Source: Gemmatimonas sp.
GTDB taxonomy: Bacteria; Gemmatimonadota; Gemmatimonadetes; Gemmatimonadales; Gemmatimonadaceae
Reading direction: 5' to 3'
Length of the DNA stretch: 64,000 nt
Assembly: GCA_965279375.1 (NCBI GenBank)
Contig: OZ257156.1
Span: 5,088,001 to 5,152,000 of the forward strand
This document shows positions 17,590 to 26,413 of the stretch, in pieces (the first letter of the stretch is position 1; every line of letters starts with the position of its first letter). A program made the position numbers and the translations under genes. Under the pieces are notes generated by a model. That model saw only the letters and a list, made by a program, of their open reading frames with translations, did no database searches and was not told the origin of the DNA.

Positions 17590-20500
17590 ATGACGTCTCC
17601 GACCAATATCGACGGTCCGTACGTCGAATTGCACTGTCACTCCGCGCTCTCGCTCCTCGATGGCGCCTCGCTCCCCGAAGCGCTGGTCGCGCGCGCGGCC
17701 GAACTTGGCTATCCCGCGCTCGCACTCACCGACCATGATGAACTGGGCGGCATCGTCCGTTTCGGCACCGCCTGTGAAGCCACGGGCATCAACGGCATAC
17801 TCGGCGCCGAGCTCACGGTACTCGTTCCGGACCGACAGAACGCCAAGGACGCACGTCCCACACATCTCGTGCTGCTCGCTGAAACGCGCGAAGGCTACGG
17901 CAACATCTCGTCGCTCATCACGCGCGCACGCATGGACATGCCACGCGGCATGCCCTCGGTGCCGTGGTCGCTGGTGGCGTCGCACGCCCGTGGCGTGACG
18001 GCACTCTCCGGGTGCCCGCGGGGCTGGATTCCGCAACTCCTCGCCGAAGGACGCGACGACGATGCGTGGACGGCAGCCTGCGCCATGCGCGACGCGTTCG
18101 ACAACCATCTGGCCATCGAATGCTGGGACCACCGCCTCCCCGAAGAGCGCGCCCTCGTCCGCAAGCTGCGGCCACTCTCGGTTAAACTCGGCGTTCCCTG
18201 GGTGGTCACCAACGACGTGCACTACGCCAAGCCAGATGGCCGCATCGTGCACGATGTGCTGCGTTCACTGCGCTACGAACGCACGCTCGACGAGATGGGC
18301 ACCCGCCTGCGCCCCAATGCCGAATGGGCGCTCAAGGCACCGTCGCTCGTGCTCAAGCGCTGGCGCGGCGCGGAAGAAGGCGTGCACGCCACACGTGACA
18401 TCGCCGACCGGTGCGCGTTCCGCCTGCAGCAGCTCAAGCCCACACTGCCGGCGTTTCCGTTACCGCCCGGCATCACCGCCGACGAATACCTCGCGCGGCT
18501 GGTGGAACAGGGATCGCACGAACGATGGGGACGCGCGCGCACGCCAAAGCACGACGCACAACTCGCGCACGAACTGGCGATGATCGCCAAGCTCAAGCTC
18601 GCGGGCTTCTTCCTCATCGTCTGGGACATCGTGCGCTTCTCGCGGCGCGAAGGGATTCTCTGTCAGGGGCGCGGCTCTGCCGCCAACTCGGCCGTCTGCT
18701 ACTGCCTGGGCATCACGGCAGTAGACCCCATCCGCATGGAGCTGCTCTTCGAGCGATTCCTGAGTGAAGAGCGCACGGAGGCGCCGGACATCGATATCGA
18801 CTTCGCGCATCGCGACCGCGAGCGCGTGCTGCAGTACGTGTACGATCGCTACGGACGTGAGCACGCGGCGATGGTGTGCGAACAGATCACCTGGCGTGGC
18901 CGCAGTGCGGTGCGCGATGCCGCGCGTGTTCTGGGCTTTTCGGTGGAGCAAGGCGACATGCTGAGCGCCATGAGCGACCGCTTCAGCGCCAAGGCGACTG
19001 CGGCCGCACTACGCACCGGCAATGACTCACCCAAGAATTCCACGGCCGAGCAGTTAGGGCAGCAGATGATCGGCGGGACGGAGGCGACCACGAAGGCGCG
19101 TGTGGTGCGTGCCGAAGCGCGCAAAGTGGCGGCGAGTACGGCGACCAAGAGCGCCATCGTCGGCGCGCCGTTGGACGAACGGTCGAGTGTGCGTCCCCCC
19201 GAAGGATCACGCGGGAAGGCCACAAAGCAGGCGATGCTTGCCAAGACGGATTCCGCGCTGATTCCCGTGCTCAATTCTGCGCCCAATCCCGTGCTCAATC
19301 CTGTACTGCTCCCCAATGCACAGCGTCGTCCGGGGCAATCGCTCAACGAGCGCGATGCGACGTGGGCCGAGCGGTTGGATGAGCGCGCGGTGGCCAAGAT
19401 CGCAGCCGATGCGGCGCACAACATGGGGCCGTTGGCCAAGGGTGGTGATCGTCCATCAGCTGAGCGCCACTCGGCGGAGGCGATTCGCAACGGTGCGCCG
19501 TCGCATGAAGAGCGCCGCAACCCCACCACGGCCACGCGCGACAGTGCGGCGGGTGAGTCACTGCTCACGCGCGCCGGACTCGACGCCAACGACCCGCGCG
19601 TGCGTGTGCTGGCCGATGTCGTGGACGGACTGCATCAGCTGCCGAGGCATCGTTCCATTCACGTGGGTGGCTTCGTGCTCACCGAGCAGCCGCTGGGGTC
19701 TGTGGTGCCCATTGAACCTGCGTCGATGCCGGGGCGCACGGTGATTCAGTGGGAGAAGGATGATCTCGATCCTGTGGGGTTGGTGAAGATCGATTTGCTG
19801 GGACTCGGCATGCTTACGGTGGTGCAGGATTGTCTGCTATACATCAGGCACACGCGTGGCGTGCACATCGACCTCGGGCAGCTCGACATGACCGATCAGG
19901 CCGTGTACGACGTGATGTGTGCAGCGGATACCGTGGGGCTCTTTCAGATCGAGAGTCGCGCGCAGATGAACACGCTGCCGCGTCTCAAGCCGCGCTGCTT
20001 TTACGATCTGGTGGTGGAGGTTGCGCTCATTCGTCCGGGGCCCATTCAAGGCGAGATGGTGCATCCGTATCTGCGGCGTCGCGCGGGGCTCGAGCCGATC
20101 ACGTATCCGCATCCGTCACTGGAGCCGGTGCTCAAGCGCACGATGGGCATTCCGCTCTTTCAGGAGCAGGGGATGCAGGTGGCGATTGCGGCCGCGGGGT
20201 TCACACCGGGGCAGGCCGACGTGCTGCGGCGTGCGATGGGGCACAAGCGCTCACACGAGCGCATGGCCGCGATCTGCGAGGAGCTGATCGAGGGGATGAA
20301 GCGCAACGGCATCGAGGAGGAGATTGCGCGACGGATCTACAACCAGATCAACGCCTTTGCCGACTACGGTTTTCCGGAGAGTCATGCGGCGAGCTTCGCG
20401 CTGATCGTGTACGCGACGGCGTACCTGCGCCACTACTACGCGCCCGAATACGCCGCAGCGATACTCAACGCGCAGCCGATGGGCTTCTACTCGCCGGGCA

Positions 20501-21402
20501 CGTTGGTGGAAGATGCCAAGCGGCACGGCGTGGAGGTGCGTCCGATCGATCTTACGCGTTCGTCGTGGGATCATGTACTGGAGCTGGCCGACGGCCGCGT
20601 GCTCGTGCCCAACGATGGCACGGTCCAGTGGGGCGCACGGTGCCTGCCCTCGCCAGTCACGGGAAAGGATCGTGTGGCGGTACGTCTTGGCGTGCGACTC
20701 ATTCGTGGCTTGGGCGCGAAGGCGCGACGCGCGCTCGAAGCGGCGTTGGCGAAGGGGCCGTTCACGAGCGTGGAGGACGCGGTCGCGCGGGTGAATCTGG
20801 ATCGAGCGGCATGGCGACGACTGGCCGAGGCCGGCGCGTTCGATACGATGTTCGCGCATGAACCCGCCGATCGGCGTCGGCGTGTTGCACTCTGGGAAGT
20901 GCTGGCCGCGACGCGAGGACCACAGCTCCCGCTCGCACCGATGCGCCCACAACCGGTACCGGCGCAACTCCCTGCACTCGCGCCGGTTGAGCTCACCGAG
21001 GCGGACTATCGCATGACGGGGTTGTCGCTGGCCGGCCATCCGGTGTCGCATCTGCGCACGCTGCTCGCACCGAATGGCGTGCTCACGGCACGCGAAGCAC
21101 TCACGTTGGGGCGCGATGGGCAAAAGGTGGCGGTGGCCGGACTGGTGATTTGCCGACAGCGCCCAGGCACGGCCAAGGGGTTCGTTTTTTTGACGCTCGA
21201 AGACGAGACGGGGATGATCAACGTGATCGTCACGCCGGATCGGTTCGAGGAGCACGCGACGACGATTTCGCGGTCACCGCTGCTGCTGATTCGCGGCGTG
21301 CTGCAGGTGGAAGGATTGGTGGTGAATGTGCGGGCGAAGCAGTTCAAGACGCTGACGCTGGGTGCGGGAGAGGAGCACGCGCCGGGGCATAATTTCAGAT
21401 AA
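17590..21402 (+). CDS. dnaE2: Error-prone DNA polymerase III alpha subunit DnaE2 (ImuC)
   Basis: PHP ELHCHS..SLLDG, GRGSAANS, PDIDIDF, KIDLLGLGML, YGFPESHAASFA, OB fold RQRPGTAKGFVFLTLEDETG, terminal GHNFR (SRDFR-like). Purine-rich RBS before ATG 17590; ATG 17575 is the alternative. Confidence 0.96.
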   Translation: MTSPTNIDGPYVELHCHSALSLLDGASLPEALVARAAELGYPALALTDHDELGGIVRFGTACEATGINGILGAELTVLVPDRQNAKDARPTHLVLLAETREGYGNISSLITRARMDMPRGMPSVPWSLVASHARGVTALSGCPRGWIPQLLAEGRDDDAWTAACAMRDAFDNHLAIECWDHRLPEERALVRKLRPLSVKLGVPWVVTNDVHYAKPDGRIVHDVLRSLRYERTLDEMGTRLRPNAEWALKAPSLVLKRWRGAEEGVHATRDIADRCAFRLQQLKPTLPAFPLPPGITADEYLARLVEQGSHERWGRARTPKHDAQLAHELAMIAKLKLAGFFLIVWDIVRFSRREGILCQGRGSAANSAVCYCLGITAVDPIRMELLFERFLSEERTEAPDIDIDFAHRDRERVLQYVYDRYGREHAAMVCEQITWRGRSAVRDAARVLGFSVEQGDMLSAMSDRFSAKATAAALRTGNDSPKNSTAEQLGQQMIGGTEATTKARVVRAEARKVAASTATKSAIVGAPLDERSSVRPPEGSRGKATKQAMLAKTDSALIPVLNSAPNPVLNPVLLPNAQRRPGQSLNERDATWAERLDERAVAKIAADAAHNMGPLAKGGDRPSAERHSAEAIRNGAPSHEERRNPTTATRDSAAGESLLTRAGLDANDPRVRVLADVVDGLHQLPRHRSIHVGGFVLTEQPLGSVVPIEPASMPGRTVIQWEKDDLDPVGLVKIDLLGLGMLTVVQDCLLYIRHTRGVHIDLGQLDMTDQAVYDVMCAADTVGLFQIESRAQMNTLPRLKPRCFYDLVVEVALIRPGPIQGEMVHPYLRRRAGLEPITYPHPSLEPVLKRTMGIPLFQEQGMQVAIAAAGFTPGQADVLRRAMGHKRSHERMAAICEELIEGMKRNGIEEEIARRIYNQINAFADYGFPESHAASFALIVYATAYLRHYYAPEYAAAILNAQPMGFYSPGTLVEDAKRHGVEVRPIDLTRSSWDHVLELADGRVLVPNDGTVQWGARCLPSPVTGKDRVAVRLGVRLIRGLGAKARRALEAALAKGPFTSVEDAVARVNLDRAAWRRLAEAGAFDTMFAHEPADRRRRVALWEVLAATRGPQLPLAPMRPQPVPAQLPALAPVELTEADYRMTGLSLAGHPVSHLRTLLAPNGVLTAREALTLGRDGQKVAVAGLVICRQRPGTAKGFVFLTLEDETGMINVIVTPDRFEEHATTISRSPLLLIRGVLQVEGLVVNVRAKQFKTLTLGAGEEHAPGHNFR

Positions 21403-21419
21403 TGCCTGCCCTTCTTTGG

Positions 21420-21640
21420 TAACCGGTCACGCCGTTCGCTCCACTCAAGACCGGCCACCCACCACTCGCGACCCGGAACAGAGGAGTGTCAGAGCGGCGG
21501 CAGCACACAGTTGCCAGTGCTCGGTTCAGAGTTTTTCACTCAGATCAGGCGGGGTCGAGGACCGCCAACCCGACACATCTCTGTCGCGGGTTTCGGGTGG
21601 TGAGTGGTGGGAGATCAGTGGAGCGAACAGCGTGACCGGT
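21420..21640 (-). repeat. ~220-bp self-complementary dispersed element, copy 3 (inverted)
   Basis: Reverse complement matches copies 1 and 2. Terminal arms ACCGGTCACGCCGTTCGCTCCACT / AGTGGAGCGAACAGCGTGACCGGT (23/24 complementary). Confidence 0.9.
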
Positions 21641-21723
21641 AACCGAACGGCGAACTGCGTGACCGGTGACCAACTGCGAACTGCCAGCCCGGAAACCCAT
21701 AACGAAACGCACGGCCCAATCGG

Positions 21724-22302
21724 CTACCGATCAGCGATAACACCGTACGCTTGCGGCGGAGCGTCCAGCGGTCCCGCCACCCACACCCTCGCCCCCACCA
21801 TTCGCCGCAACGACGCCGGCAACATCGGCGCGGGCACCACGCGGCCATCCGCCAACCGCAGCGACAACACCCCACCGCTACTCACCACCAGGCCGTCCGT
21901 CGCGGGCACCCCATCCGCCGCGCGCACAACAAACGACGCTGCGTTAAACACCACCGCCCCACGCGGACCGGCAGCCGGATTGCGTGCGCCAGTCCGTCGT
22001 CCGAAGGCCACCACCTCCACGCCAACGGCGCGCGCGAGCATCACCGACTGCGCACCAACCAGCGACACCGCTTCACCGCCACCGCGCGGCGCAGTGATCA
22101 GCAATACAGCGCCGGGCTCATTGCCCACCAGCGTGAGAATGCCGCGGACGCTGTCGGCCGGTGTCGCGCCACCTGCCGTTCCACCAGCAGCGACAACTCC
22201 GCGTTGGCAGCCCGCAGTCGCCAACACCCCGATCAGCAGCATGCACGACGACATGGCCATCAGGCCACGGGGTGTGACGGCGTTGACGCGTCGCGTACTC
22301 AC
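21724..22302 (-). CDS. Hypothetical lipoprotein
   Basis: LATAGC lipobox. GTG start overlaps the upstream TGA (GTGA). Confidence 0.6.
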   Translation of the reverse strand: MSTRRVNAVTPRGLMAMSSCMLLIGVLATAGCQRGVVAAGGTAGGATPADSVRGILTLVGNEPGAVLLITAPRGGGEAVSLVGAQSVMLARAVGVEVVAFGRRTGARNPAAGPRGAVVFNAASFVVRAADGVPATDGLVVSSGGVLSLRLADGRVVPAPMLPASLRRMVGARVWVAGPLDAPPQAYGVIADR

Positions 22303-25247
22303 TGCAGTCTCGCGATGGCAATGCGCAGGTTGCTGGGCGGTGCCAACCCTGAAATCGAGCGCAATCCGAGCAGCTGCGCACCACTCGGCGTGCCGGAGAT
22401 CTCCACGTACGCATGCGCTCCGCCGCGCAATCCGGTCACGCGCGAGACGAAACTTCCGAAGCGCAGCTGCGCCGGTTCGATGGGATACAGCGTATTCCAG
22501 CGTGTACTCCACGCCGGCAGTGCGTTGAGTCCCGCGTAGATGCTGCGCAGGTTCCACGTCGGGAACTGCAGGTCGGCACTTGGCGCGACGAGTCCGGGGT
22601 AGTCGTCCGCGTACAGCGCCAACCCCCAGCCTCCGATGAGCTGATCGAGCGGCACGCCGGCCGTCGCCGAAAGGTTGTTGACGCCGTTGGTGGTGGAGTT
22701 GATGAGCGTGCGAAAGAACGTTGCATCGGAAGTGGCGTAGCGATCGATCGTGTAGCGCACCAGCGACCAGGCGGTCTGATAGAACGTGCTGGACGATTGA
22801 CCGTTGGCGTCACCGTACGGCGACCAATCCCAAGGTGCGAGCAACTTTTCGCGAATCTCGTTGAAGTGACGCCGCATGCCGTAGCCCGGCCGGCGCAGTG
22901 GATCGGCCGAGTTGCAGATGGCATCGTTGGGCGAGAAGTCGCAGAACACGCCGCCCGCCGCCGCTGAACCGAAGCCGGTGTTCCCCTTCCACGGCACCTT
23001 GTGCAGCGATTCACGCACCCAGAGTTCCTCGGCGTGTCGCGCCGTGCCCTCCTCCAGCCACGACTGCTCGAACTGTGAGACGTTGTTGGCCACCCGAGCC
23101 GACAACGAGGCGATGTGCTTGACCTCATGCACGACCGTGCGTGCCATGAAGTAGAACCAGCCGTCCGGTGACGCGGTGGAGTTGATGTTGAGCGTGGTCG
23201 CGGTGGGTACGAACCCGTAGAAGTACTGTCCGAAATTGCTCCCGCGCGACGTCGTGGTTGCGAACTGATCGCATGACGTCACGTACGCTGCCGCCCCCGA
23301 ACCGTTCAGTCGCTGCGAGAAGACCATATGCACGCGCCCATCGTTGTCGGTCGCGGCATCGCGGAGCAGCGGATCGCCGAAGTTCGTCTTGACAGACTCG
23401 TACTGGTCCTGATCGAAGATGACGCCGAGTCGTTGATAGTAGGCGGCCAACGTCGGATTCGTCGCCGACTGCAGCGTGTTGGCCGAGTCTTCCCAGACGA
23501 TCGCTCGCGTGCCGATGTAGATGGCTTTGCTGCGAATGACGCGCGTGGTGTCGTTGCAACCACCTGTGAAGGTGTAGTACATGCTCCGCATGTCATCGAG
23601 CGCGGGAAGGTCGGCAGCGCGTGCGGCCGGCCGTGGTGCGGGCGCGGGGTTGCGAGCCGCCCGCGCGCGCAGCTGCTCGTACTGCAGTCGATCACGCTCG
23701 AGAAAGGCGAAGTGCGCCGCGTCGCGCGCATCCTCCGGATCGGCCTCGAACGACGATCGCGTGCTTCCCAACCGCGCGTTGGCAAGGCGCGGCGCATCGA
23801 CACGGAGCGCGGTCGTTCCGGCCGGCGGTGTGTTGCCGGTGATCTCGAGATCCACCTGCGACGCCGCGGTAGTGGACGCGCTGAACACCGCGACGAGATA
23901 GCGCGCGGCGCTTCCGCTGCTCAACAGCTCGTTGCACACCGACGCGGTGTTGTTGGTCAGCACGAGGGCCTGACCAACCGCGATGGTCCGCTGCGGCACG
24001 ACGACGAGTCGTGTCACCGGCGTGCCTGCGACGCCGTCGCTCGTGACGCGGATAACGGCGTTGCCGCTCTCGACGCACGGCATCGCGATCGTGAGTTGCG
24101 TTGCGCTGGCATTGGTGATCGGCGCCGACACGCCACCGATGGTGACTGTATTGGCCTGGACGGTATTGGCGAAACCCACGCCCGTGAGCACCACAGATGT
24201 GCCGGGCTGCAACGCCGCGGGTGTCACCGCGGTGACGATCGGTCCGCCCGACCCCGGCGTAACGGTGATGACTGCGCTGCCCGCCTGCCCTTCGCTGGTC
24301 GCGGAGATGGTGGCGTTACCGGGCGCGACGGCGGTGACGACGCCCACGCCATCGACCGTAGCGATCGCTGGTGCATCGGAGCTCCACGCGACGAAGCGCC
24401 CGGCCAGTGTGGCTCCCGCGGCGTCACGAGCGGCTGCAACGAGCGCGCGTGTGGCGCCTGCGGCAAGCGTCGCGGTGTTCGGTGTGACGACGACGGAGGC
24501 CACCGGCACCGGCAGCACATTCACCTGTGCGGATATCGACCGTCCTTCACTCGTTGCCGTGACGGTGACCGAGCCGGGCGCGATCGACGTGAGCAACCCG
24601 GTCGTGTCGATAGTGGCGGTCGATGTCGCGCTCACACTCCAGGTGATTGCGCGTCCGACGAGCGCATTACCGTTGGCGTCGCGTGGTGTCGCGGTGAACT
24701 GGCTCTTGCCGCCCGCGATCAGCGTCACGGTACCCGGCGAGATGTTCATGCTGGCTACGGGAATCGGCAGCACCGTCACGGTGGACGTTCCGACCTGTCC
24801 ATCGGCGGTGGCCGAGATGATCGCCGTGCCGGGAGCAACGCCGGAGAGCAATCCGTTGGCGCTGATGGTGGCCGTGACGAGGCTATTGGAAGTCCACGTG
24901 ATGCTGCGTCCCGTGAGCGCATTCCCTGCGCCGTCGCGCGCCGTGGCCGCCAACTGAACAGTGCTGCCGGCGATCACCGTTGTCGTCGCAGGAGTGACGG
25001 CGACCGTTGCCGCACGCACAGGCGCCGCCGGCGAATCACAGGCCGTGATCAACAGTGACGCCATTCCTACGCCGCTTGCGGCAATGCGCAGGCAGCAGTG
25101 CGACAACACGCGCGAGATGCGCTGAACCCGCTGCGCGAGACCGTGATAGAGCGTCGCATTTTGTGCGGTCTGAACCACGCCGCACTGCACGCGTTCGCGC
25201 CAACGGCTCGGACGCGTTCGCGTCGCATTCTCAGGCAGCATCCGCAT
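22299..25247 (-). CDS. Lipoprotein with three Big_2 Ig-like repeats, an IPT/TIG domain and a zincin metallopeptidase domain
   Basis: LLITAC lipobox (true start is probably downstream of 25247), three ATARD..GN.L.GR.ITW.S repeats, VVHEVKH with a downstream EEGTA. Confidence 0.82.
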   Translation of the reverse strand: MRMLPENATRTRPSRWRERVQCGVVQTAQNATLYHGLAQRVQRISRVLSHCCLRIAASGVGMASLLITACDSPAAPVRAATVAVTPATTTVIAGSTVQLAATARDGAGNALTGRSITWTSNSLVTATISANGLLSGVAPGTAIISATADGQVGTSTVTVLPIPVASMNISPGTVTLIAGGKSQFTATPRDANGNALVGRAITWSVSATSTATIDTTGLLTSIAPGSVTVTATSEGRSISAQVNVLPVPVASVVVTPNTATLAAGATRALVAAARDAAGATLAGRFVAWSSDAPAIATVDGVGVVTAVAPGNATISATSEGQAGSAVITVTPGSGGPIVTAVTPAALQPGTSVVLTGVGFANTVQANTVTIGGVSAPITNASATQLTIAMPCVESGNAVIRVTSDGVAGTPVTRLVVVPQRTIAVGQALVLTNNTASVCNELLSSGSAARYLVAVFSASTTAASQVDLEITGNTPPAGTTALRVDAPRLANARLGSTRSSFEADPEDARDAAHFAFLERDRLQYEQLRARAARNPAPAPRPAARAADLPALDDMRSMYYTFTGGCNDTTRVIRSKAIYIGTRAIVWEDSANTLQSATNPTLAAYYQRLGVIFDQDQYESVKTNFGDPLLRDAATDNDGRVHMVFSQRLNGSGAAAYVTSCDQFATTTSRGSNFGQYFYGFVPTATTLNINSTASPDGWFYFMARTVVHEVKHIASLSARVANNVSQFEQSWLEEGTARHAEELWVRESLHKVPWKGNTGFGSAAAGGVFCDFSPNDAICNSADPLRRPGYGMRRHFNEIREKLLAPWDWSPYGDANGQSSSTFYQTAWSLVRYTIDRYATSDATFFRTLINSTTNGVNNLSATAGVPLDQLIGGWGLALYADDYPGLVAPSADLQFPTWNLRSIYAGLNALPAWSTRWNTLYPIEPAQLRFGSFVSRVTGLRGGAHAYVEISGTPSGAQLLGLRSISGLAPPSNLRIAIARLQ

Positions 25248-25513
25248 CGGGAGTGCGGGTGAGGATCGGATCAGGACGCACTCTGCGCACGCGCGAAGTG
25301 ACGTCAGGCAATACTCGGCGCCGGTGCAGGGCGCGTCAATGCAATTGACGCTGTCTCACACATACCTCGCGCAATCGCATCTGCGATGCACCGAGGTGGA
25401 AACGTTGCGTGAATGTTGCGGGAATAATGCCGATCAACGCCACGTCATCGCCGTAGTTGGCGGGAGCTGGACGACGAATCCACGTGCGATCCCACGCGCG
25501 CACGTTTCGCTGA

Positions 25514-26365
25514 CTATGCACGTGCGAGCGTGAACACCGTGACTTCAGGACGCGCATTGAAGCGCACCGGCAGCGCGTGGCCGATTCCACGATTGATGTA
25601 CAGCCGTCGGCCTTCGGAGAGCGCATACTCGCCCGCAGAGTAGCGACGATTGCGTACCGGCAGAATCGGTGGTGGCAGGAACGGCGCCTTGCACTGTCCA
25701 CCATGCGTGTGTCCGGAGAGCACCCATCCATCGTAAGCGCCCCATCCGGGAGAATCGACGGTGTCCGGATTGTGCGAGAGCACGATCGTCGCGAGCGCCG
25801 GATCTGCCGTGGCGAAGGCGCGCTGCGGCGCGAACTGATGCGCCCAGAGGTCACCCATGCCGACGATCTGCAGGTCGCCAAGCACCGCGCTTTCGTTCTG
25901 CAGAATACGGACTCCGGCGTTGCCCATGATGGACGCGACGCGGCGCGCGATGTCCGCTTCAGACCACATGCTGCCAAAGTCGTGATTGCCGAGCGTGCCG
26001 ACGGTGCCGATGCGCCCGCGCGGCGGATCGGCGTAGACGCGCTCCATCTGCGCGAACATGCCGCCGCGCGGATAGTGTGTGATGAAGTCGCCCGTGTACA
26101 CCACGATATCCGGCGCCAGCGCGCGAACCTGCGCAAAGACCTCCGCGATGTATTGGTCGGGAACAACGGTACCCACGTGCAGGTCGGAGAGCTGCACGAT
26201 CGTCTTCCCGATCAACGCCGACGGCAGATTGCGCACCGGCATCGGATGCCGTTGCACGTCCACCCAGTACGGCTCCCAGAACCGGGTGTAGAGACCGGTT
26301 GCCGTGGCGCCCACGAACGCGCTTGTTGCGGTGTACAGAAACTGACGACGATTCAGCATGGTCAC
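25514..26365 (-). CDS. Tat-exported calcineurin-like metallophosphoesterase (YkuE-like)
   Basis: NRRQFL Tat motif, DLH, TGDF, GNHD, SHNPD, SGHTHGGQ. Confidence 0.92.
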   Translation of the reverse strand: MTMLNRRQFLYTATSAFVGATATGLYTRFWEPYWVDVQRHPMPVRNLPSALIGKTIVQLSDLHVGTVVPDQYIAEVFAQVRALAPDIVVYTGDFITHYPRGGMFAQMERVYADPPRGRIGTVGTLGNHDFGSMWSEADIARRVASIMGNAGVRILQNESAVLGDLQIVGMGDLWAHQFAPQRAFATADPALATIVLSHNPDTVDSPGWGAYDGWVLSGHTHGGQCKAPFLPPPILPVRNRRYSAGEYALSEGRRLYINRGIGHALPVRFNARPEVTVFTLARA

Positions 26366-26413
26366 ACAAACTTAGCGATAGTGAATGCTCTCCCCAGCTT
26401 CGAGGATTTGGAC

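Noticed and set aside
19018..19575. Intein in DnaE2
   Set aside because: No splice-junction residues or LAGLIDADG motifs; the sequence is low complexity.
12846..21640. Integron attC sites as the identity of the ~220-bp elements
   Set aside because: Longer than typical attC sites, no clean RYYYAAC...GTTRRRY pair, mixed orientation, and no integrase in the window.
25577..26413. N-terminal 280 aa of the 586-aa ORF
   Set aside because: It is the antisense shadow of the metallophosphoesterase. The real start is ATG 26414 after GAGGA.
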